From the IMG/VR virus record IMGVR_UViG_3300012352_000177: a stretch of DNA of 20,000 bases. One strand, written 5' to 3'. Within the stretch, counting starts at the first letter, position 1; each line of letters begins with the position of its first letter. Source of the stretch: an uncultured virus (IMG/VR IMGVR_UViG_3300012352_000177). Its lineage: Duplodnaviria; Heunggongvirae; Uroviricota; Caudoviricetes; Crassvirales. Positions 15,579-20,000 of the stretch are shown piece by piece. The notes under the pieces were generated by a model that was not told the DNA's origin, searched no databases, and worked only from the letters and a program-made list of their open reading frames with translations. The position numbers and the translations under genes are program-made.

Positions 15579-15829
15579 ATCATATTGTTTTTAGTAAAGT
15601 ACTCTGCCACCTGACCGATGTCATCGAACTTAATGTTATCAAATTTCTTTTCCTCAAAGTTATACTGAACAAGGCTTTTGTTTTTAACAGCAGTCTCAAA
15701 CGTACATATCTTACAGACCCTGTTTCTTCCAAGGTCTGTCTTCAATGTGTAGTGTCTCCTGTTCTCAGTGAAGCTGTCCAACGTAAGCGTTCGCCTACAG
15801 CTGAAGCATTGTTTCTTTGTCTGTGTCAT
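15575..15829 (-). CDS. Small CxxC...CxxC zinc-finger protein
   Basis: KQCFSC...F...RVCKIC. Confidence 0.7.
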   Translation of the reverse strand: MTQTKKQCFSCRRTLTLDSFTENRRHYTLKTDLGRNRVCKICTFETAVKNKSLVQYNFEEKKFDNIKFDDIGQVAEYFTKNNMI

Positions 15830-18227
15830 CCTGTTCAGGTTTACGATTAATAACTATCCATCTTCCCTTGTCCTCACGTCCCTCAGTAGGCATAACTCCG
15901 TGCTTGTACATTGCGTAAGACACTAGCCACTTATAGAACTTCGTTCGACTGATCGTCATCTTAGCCTTCGGTCCGTAGTCCGGGTACTCGTTGATGAAGT
16001 CAAAGTATAGATCGTTCTTGAAGTACTTGATGCTAGGGTATAACCTTTGGTCATCCTTGTTAGCATCGTCAATCAATCCAACCCACTCTATGAAGTCATG
16101 ACAGGTCTCAGCTGACAGCTGACGTATCTTAAGGTTCACGAACTTAGACTTAACTAGTCCGGTGTTCAAGTATCCCTGAAGACAGGCTACCATGTAGTTG
16201 TCAAACTCACACCAATCCTCATCGTTCCAATCTGCAAAGAAGTGACGACCAAACTCATCCTGTGGAGTGAAGTGCATATTGTAGTGCTGATGCAGTTCCA
16301 ACTCCCACTTACGTCTTGCGAATGAGTTACCTGCCCCCTTGATTGCGTAGTTGGTAGTGATGGCTACCTTAGGTGACTTACTGAATGGTATCTTAATTGC
16401 ATCCTTATTCTTCTTCTCAAGCGTTAACCCCTCTGTGATGACAGAGAACAACCGCTCGAAGTCAAAGTATCGTTTAACGTCATCAAAGCATAGTATCTGA
16501 GTGTCTGCTGATACCAACTGATATGGGAAGGACTTCTCAAATGCGAATGCCTTACCATCAATCACCACCAACTTCTTCATCTGACTAAGCGCGTTCATGA
16601 ACAGACCCTTACCGGTACCACCCTCAGGGTTGTCACTGATTACCTCATCGTTTAGGATGACAGCCGGACAGAACGATAGGTTCTTGTACCCATGCATAAG
16701 GAACCCAATGGTACTCTCCATGGTAGCAACTCTGTACTCATCGTTACCACAGATGTTGGAGATGAACTGAACGTAGTCGCACTTGTCTGTGATGTCACAG
16801 ATGTTGAAGCTCCTGTCTATCACGTGGTCTTTCCATACGTACCCACCTAAGTCCAAGTAGTCAATCGTCTTTATCTCTCCCTTGGATATCTGAACAGCGC
16901 AGTTCCTGTAGTACAGGTACGCTGTGTCCTTGGTGTCCTCAATGAAGTAGATGTCAATGGTTGCCAACATGGAAAGGAACTCTTCCTTAAAGAATCGAGT
17001 GTTGTCAGCGAAGTAGTTGTACACGTTGATGTCGTCCAAGTTAAGCAGGTAGTCAAGGATAAAGTCCTTTATCTCCTTCTCCGATGTGTGGTCGATCAAG
17101 TTGTTGGTTACCTTAACAAACACGTAGTTCTTTCCACCCTCAGGGCAGTACTTGTAGAACCCATTGTCTTCCAAGAACTGCTTCAATAAGATGTGTACTA
17201 CCTTGATGATTCCCTTGTCGTTCTTTGACCAAAATGTAGAATTTGCATTCTCCTCCTCTACCTTGTTAAGAACAGAATCGATTGTCTCCGTATCCAAATG
17301 GGAATCTTGTAGCTGAATACGTATCTCTTTTTTTGATACACCACGTCTTAGCTTAGCCTTGATCTGATTGACTCTCTCCTCATCCTCGTAGTACTTGGTA
17401 CCGAAGTTAGATGTGTTCTTGTAAGCTGAGTCAATTGTCATTGCAATCTCAGACAAAGTAAAGTCCTGAGTAGCAAACTGATTAAGCACGTAAGATGCAA
17501 GGCTCTTGTTGATACCGAAGTCATTGAACGCCATCGCTAGGATGTACGCGTTATGATTACGTTGACCCTCAACCATTGGGTGCTTCTTCTCCCACCACTT
17601 GAGTAGTATCTCAACTACCTTGTTCTCATCGGTGATTGGAATGGTAGCCGTGTCTCTGAACTTTGTCACCTCTTGGTACTCAGGCTCTTCGATGATGTCC
17701 CATAGGGATGAGTTCTCGTTCACGTAGATTAACGGGTCGTATGACTCGTAGCATACGCGACTGATGTTCTTTGATGTCTTGTCGAAGTACTGCGAGTTGA
17801 AGTACTTCTCTAGGCTGTTGAAGTAGTTTGTATGGTTCTCCGGATCTTGTGGGACCTTTATCAATACCTTTAGTCCGTTACCTGATGGTGAGATGAACAC
17901 TGAGTACACGTACTTGTTCTTTGATATGTTCTCCTTGTCCTGAAGTAGCTCCTTTTGTTTTTGGTATCCATCGAAGTCTAAGCAGATGAGTCCGCTGTGT
18001 TCTACTAACGCGCTGTCTGCTCTCTTGGTAAACGTACCGCTGAAGCAGATAGCAGGTAGTAATTTCTTTAGGTCGTTACGTATCTCCTTCTTCTTCTCTG
18101 TACGAATCTTCTTAACCAAGTCCTTTGAGGTACCCTCCTTAATCCTATCGAGGATATTACCTACCTCTCGGTAGAAGGGAGTATCTGTCTCCTTGATGTT
18201 TTGGAATATTGTTATTGTAAATGTCAT
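15795..18227 (-). CDS. Primase-helicase: BT4734/VirE_N-like primase domain, PriCT-like domain and SF3 (D5-like) helicase
   Basis: K..LPAICFSG...HSGLICLDFD...FISPSGNGLK...D....NISRVCYESYDP; GQRN (PriCT-like); Walker A GGTGKG, Walker B ILCFDD, motif C ITTN. Confidence 0.9.
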   Translation of the reverse strand: MTFTITIFQNIKETDTPFYREVGNILDRIKEGTSKDLVKKIRTEKKKEIRNDLKKLLPAICFSGTFTKRADSALVEHSGLICLDFDGYQKQKELLQDKENISKNKYVYSVFISPSGNGLKVLIKVPQDPENHTNYFNSLEKYFNSQYFDKTSKNISRVCYESYDPLIYVNENSSLWDIIEEPEYQEVTKFRDTATIPITDENKVVEILLKWWEKKHPMVEGQRNHNAYILAMAFNDFGINKSLASYVLNQFATQDFTLSEIAMTIDSAYKNTSNFGTKYYEDEERVNQIKAKLRRGVSKKEIRIQLQDSHLDTETIDSVLNKVEEENANSTFWSKNDKGIIKVVHILLKQFLEDNGFYKYCPEGGKNYVFVKVTNNLIDHTSEKEIKDFILDYLLNLDDINVYNYFADNTRFFKEEFLSMLATIDIYFIEDTKDTAYLYYRNCAVQISKGEIKTIDYLDLGGYVWKDHVIDRSFNICDITDKCDYVQFISNICGNDEYRVATMESTIGFLMHGYKNLSFCPAVILNDEVISDNPEGGTGKGLFMNALSQMKKLVVIDGKAFAFEKSFPYQLVSADTQILCFDDVKRYFDFERLFSVITEGLTLEKKNKDAIKIPFSKSPKVAITTNYAIKGAGNSFARRKWELELHQHYNMHFTPQDEFGRHFFADWNDEDWCEFDNYMVACLQGYLNTGLVKSKFVNLKIRQLSAETCHDFIEWVGLIDDANKDDQRLYPSIKYFKNDLYFDFINEYPDYGPKAKMTISRTKFYKWLVSYAMYKHGVMPTEGREDKGRWIVINRKPEQDDTDKETMLQL

Positions 18228-18380
18228 CTTAATGTCGATTTAATGTCGTTTTCAAATTATAAATCCCTTTATTAATAAGGGTTATGTCGATTCTGTCGAT
18301 TTTTCTTTCCTAATGTATAAGAATAAAAAATAATTAATAGTAAAAATATATATAGAGTATAGAGAGATATATTTTTTGTT
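18219..18380. promoter_or_regulatory. Iteron-like repeats, inverted repeats and AT-rich tract; candidate replication origin or operator
   Basis: ATGTC at 18221/18232/18243 (11-bp period), TGTCGAT at 18285/18294, near-palindrome CCCTTTATTAATAAGGG at 18265-18281, and an AT-rich tract at about 18310-18377. Confidence 0.5.
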
Positions 18381-18401
18381 GTCATCTACGATTTGTTGGT
18401 T

Positions 18402-18427
18402 AAAAAAGGGGAGCGTTAACTCCCCTT
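18402..18427 (-). terminator. Intrinsic terminator downstream of the SSB-like gene
   Basis: - strand reads GGGGAG-TTAACG-CTCCCC-TTTTTT. Confidence 0.85.
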
Positions 18428-18448
18428 GACTAACTGATAATCAATAGG

Positions 18449-18742
18449 TTAGAATGGTAAGTCCTCCTCATCATCCTCGTCTACACTTGGCTTAGAACTG
18501 ACAGCCGGTGCAGTTTTCTCGACATCCTTGTTCTTAGGCTCGTATGTGTCCAACTCAAGGTATGCGTTACCACTTCGTCCGTACTTAATGTCTAAGTTAA
18601 CCCAACCATTCTTCTCGTTGTTACGTAAGAATGCGATCGCCTCGTCTATCTTAACTGATAGCCTACCGATTACAAAGTCAGGTGCATCCTCTCTTCGCTT
18701 GAACATAAACCCATCTGCGAATACTTTTTCTTTTTGTTCCAT
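18449..18742 (-). CDS. Putative single-stranded DNA-binding protein
   Basis: Small beta-rich core, flexible linker and acidic tail ending DDEEDLPF; located next to the primase. Confidence 0.7.
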   Translation of the reverse strand: MEQKEKVFADGFMFKRREDAPDFVIGRLSVKIDEAIAFLRNNEKNGWVNLDIKYGRSGNAYLELDTYEPKNKDVEKTAPAVSSKPSVDEDDEEDLPF

Positions 18743-18764
18743 TTTATATTTGATTTAATTGTTA

Positions 18765-18869
18765 CTAAAATACTCCACGCCATACGTGGATGACTAACTC
18801 TATCATTCCATAGCAGAAAACTCCAAGGATGAATAGTAATAATATAATTGCCTTTGTTTTCTCTGTCAT
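18765..18869 (-). CDS. Small membrane peptide (34 aa) MTEKTKAIILLLFILGVFCYGMIELVIHVWRGVF
   Basis: Hand translation; the ATG lies within a 19-bp junction repeat; one hydrophobic helix. Confidence 0.6.
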   Translation of the reverse strand: MTEKTKAIILLLFILGVFCYGMIELVIHVWRGVF

Positions 18870-18870
18870 C

Positions 18871-18987
18871 TTATTCTGATTTAATTGTTAATAACTTTTC
18901 TGCTAGTTCTAATACATATAATAAAAATGTATCTTTCGTATTAACTAATGCTACATTAATTACTACAATGCTGTTTATATCTCTCAT
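18871..18987 (-). CDS. Small hypothetical protein (38 aa) MRDINSIVV...LLTIKSE
   Basis: Hand translation; fills the gap between neighbours with 1-nt spacers and ends inside the junction repeat. Confidence 0.5.
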   Translation of the reverse strand: MRDINSIVVINVALVNTKDTFLLYVLELAEKLLTIKSE

Positions 18988-18988
18988 A

Positions 18989-19165
18989 TTACTTTTGTTT
19001 ATTTAATTGTTGTTTTACTTCCTCCCAATAATCTTCTGAAAACCTATCATTTTCAAATTTTTTACTTGTATACAAAACACATTTCTGTATCTCATATACT
19101 ACCTTTATCGCAAGTTCTTTACCAAACTTATTTATCAAATCTGTTGCTCTCTCTACTGCTGTCAT
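18989..19165 (-). CDS. Small hypothetical protein (58 aa) MTAVERATDLINKFGKELA...DYWEEVKQQLNKQK
   Basis: Hand translation; starts in a junction repeat; similar to 12028..12309. Confidence 0.75.
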   Translation of the reverse strand: MTAVERATDLINKFGKELAIKVVYEIQKCVLYTSKKFENDRFSEDYWEEVKQQLNKQK

Positions 19166-19166
19166 C

Positions 19167-19511
19167 TTATTCTGATTTAAAGGGTTTTAAAAAATTGTTT
19201 ATTTGGTCAAATAACCATCCTGTTAAGTAAGCTTCAGGCTCATCATTATGAAGATCGATCTTAGCATTTATACCTAAGAAGATGTAGTTCTTAATATGTA
19301 CAATCTCATGAGCTATATTACTAAGGTGATTTGCATCAGTAAATGCTACGACATAGTGTCTATACTTTGACTTGTCCTCAAATGTTAGTGCCCCAAACTC
19401 ACCCCAATTACCTTGTAGATTATACTTTTTCACAACTTCATTCAGGTCATTGGCAAAGATGATAGTGAGATCACAGTTGTATATAGGTACTTCAATTGTC
19501 TTGCACTTCAT
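19167..19511 (-). CDS. Small HExxH (zincin-like) phage protein
   Basis: IAHEIVH...DEPEAYL. Probable start is MKCKTI at 19511; it ends FKSE* inside the junction repeat. Confidence 0.75.
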   Translation of the reverse strand: MKCKTIEVPIYNCDLTIIFANDLNEVVKKYNLQGNWGEFGALTFEDKSKYRHYVVAFTDANHLSNIAHEIVHIKNYIFLGINAKIDLHNDEPEAYLTGWLFDQINNFLKPFKSE

Positions 19512-19686
19512 TTTCTTCAAGATCACTAAATACAGTCTTAACTTCTGCACACCATCCATCATACTCTAATTCACCATCTTTCTCATAAAAGAAATGTTCT
19601 GTGTTGTTAGCATCTGTGATAATGTAGCCATTGTCTACGCTTGTTGGCTTAATGCTTATTGGCATTTTTAATTTTAATTCACTCAT
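19492..19686 (-). CDS. Hypothetical protein (64 aa) MSELKLKMP...
   Basis: Start reassigned to the ATG in the junction repeat (19686). The longer ORF-track start overlaps the upstream gene. Confidence 0.65.
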   Translation of the reverse strand: MSELKLKMPISIKPTSVDNGYIITDANNTEHFFYEKDGELEYDGWCAEVKTVFSDLEENEVQDN

Positions 19687-19720
19687 CTTATTCTGATTTA
19701 AAGGTTTCATTGTTAGTCTA

Positions 19721-19900
19721 CTAATTATCTCTTTCATTTTTATTAGTTTCATTAGATATTGAATCATTTTCATTAATTGCTTCCAAATTATCTAACTGAT
19801 TCCATAAAATTGCCAATTCTGCTTTACGAATTGATAACTCTCTTTCCTTGTCTCTGATGAATAATTTAATATCATCAATTGCTTTTTCTATCTTGTTCAT
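19721..19900 (-). CDS. Hypothetical coiled-coil protein (59 aa) MNKIEKAIDDIKLFIRDKERE...
   Basis: Hand translation; ATGA overlap with the upstream gene; TAG at 19721-19723. Confidence 0.65.
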   Translation of the reverse strand: MNKIEKAIDDIKLFIRDKERELSIRKAELAILWNQLDNLEAINENDSISNETNKNERDN

Positions 19901-20000
19901 TTTTCTTGTTGTTTAAAGGTTAATAATTCTTCTGCTATCATTCTTGTTGTCTTGCCTTGTATGTACTTCATAGCACTTGATTCGGCAACTTGACAAGCAA
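19897..20000 (-). CDS. 3' end of a hypothetical protein (...MIAEELLTFKQQEK*), truncated by the window edge
   Basis: Open frame from the window edge to a TGA that overlaps the next ATG. Confidence 0.55.
   Translation of the reverse strand, partial: ACQVAESSAMKYIQGKTTRMIAEELLTFKQQEK

Larger units (their letters stand above)
18866..19701 (-). repeat. Three exact 19-bp direct repeats TTAAATCAGAATAAGATGA at gene junctions
   Basis: + strand TCATCTTATTCTGATTTAA at 18866-18884, 19162-19180 and 19683-19701. Confidence 0.95.

Noticed and set aside
18745..18752. TATATTTG matching the Bacteroidota -7 promoter consensus
   Set aside because: It is oriented antisense to the local genes and explained by the A-rich initiation region of the SSB-like gene.
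11470..19569. + strand ORFs opposite the replication module, and alternate-frame ORF 16871..17056
   Set aside because: They overlap well-supported - strand genes and look like antisense or frame shadows.
18866..19701. 19-bp repeats as a CRISPR array
   Set aside because: Spacing is about 300 and 520 bp, the intervals are ORFs, and no cas genes are present.
19718..19723. In-frame TAG TAG suggesting amber recoding (genetic code 15)
   Set aside because: The 3335-aa, 810-aa and 476-aa ORFs contain no in-frame TAG, and TAG ends genes at sensible positions (10440, 13996, 18765).

Overview
Segment of a tailed dsDNA phage genome, probably infecting Bacteroidota (inferred from A-rich start regions without clear Shine-Dalgarno motifs and a BT4734/VirE_N-type primase). 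The + strand (1-10421) holds the end of one gene and a 3335-aa polyvalent, probably virion-internal/ejection protein with a zincin HExxH motif. A perfect hairpin separates it from a convergent, tightly coupled - strand replication/early module. That module encodes a PD-(D/E)xK nuclease, a DnaA-domain-IV-like HTH protein, a VRR-NUC nuclease, an SF2 helicase, a primase-SF3 helicase, an SSB-like protein and many small ORFs. Main unusual signals: (1) a basic 52-aa 'MPFKS...' gene nested in the +1 frame of the giant gene; (2) an A10 slippery run near its 5' end, whose -1 frame encodes an aromatic beta-hairpin-like tail, so the locus may make three products; (3) no CCAG/CTGG found by eye in 20 kb; (4) a 19-bp exact repeat forming stop/start junctions in an array of small genes; (5) an iteron-like, origin-like region upstream of the primase. 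All family assignments come from motif recognition by eye, not database searches.
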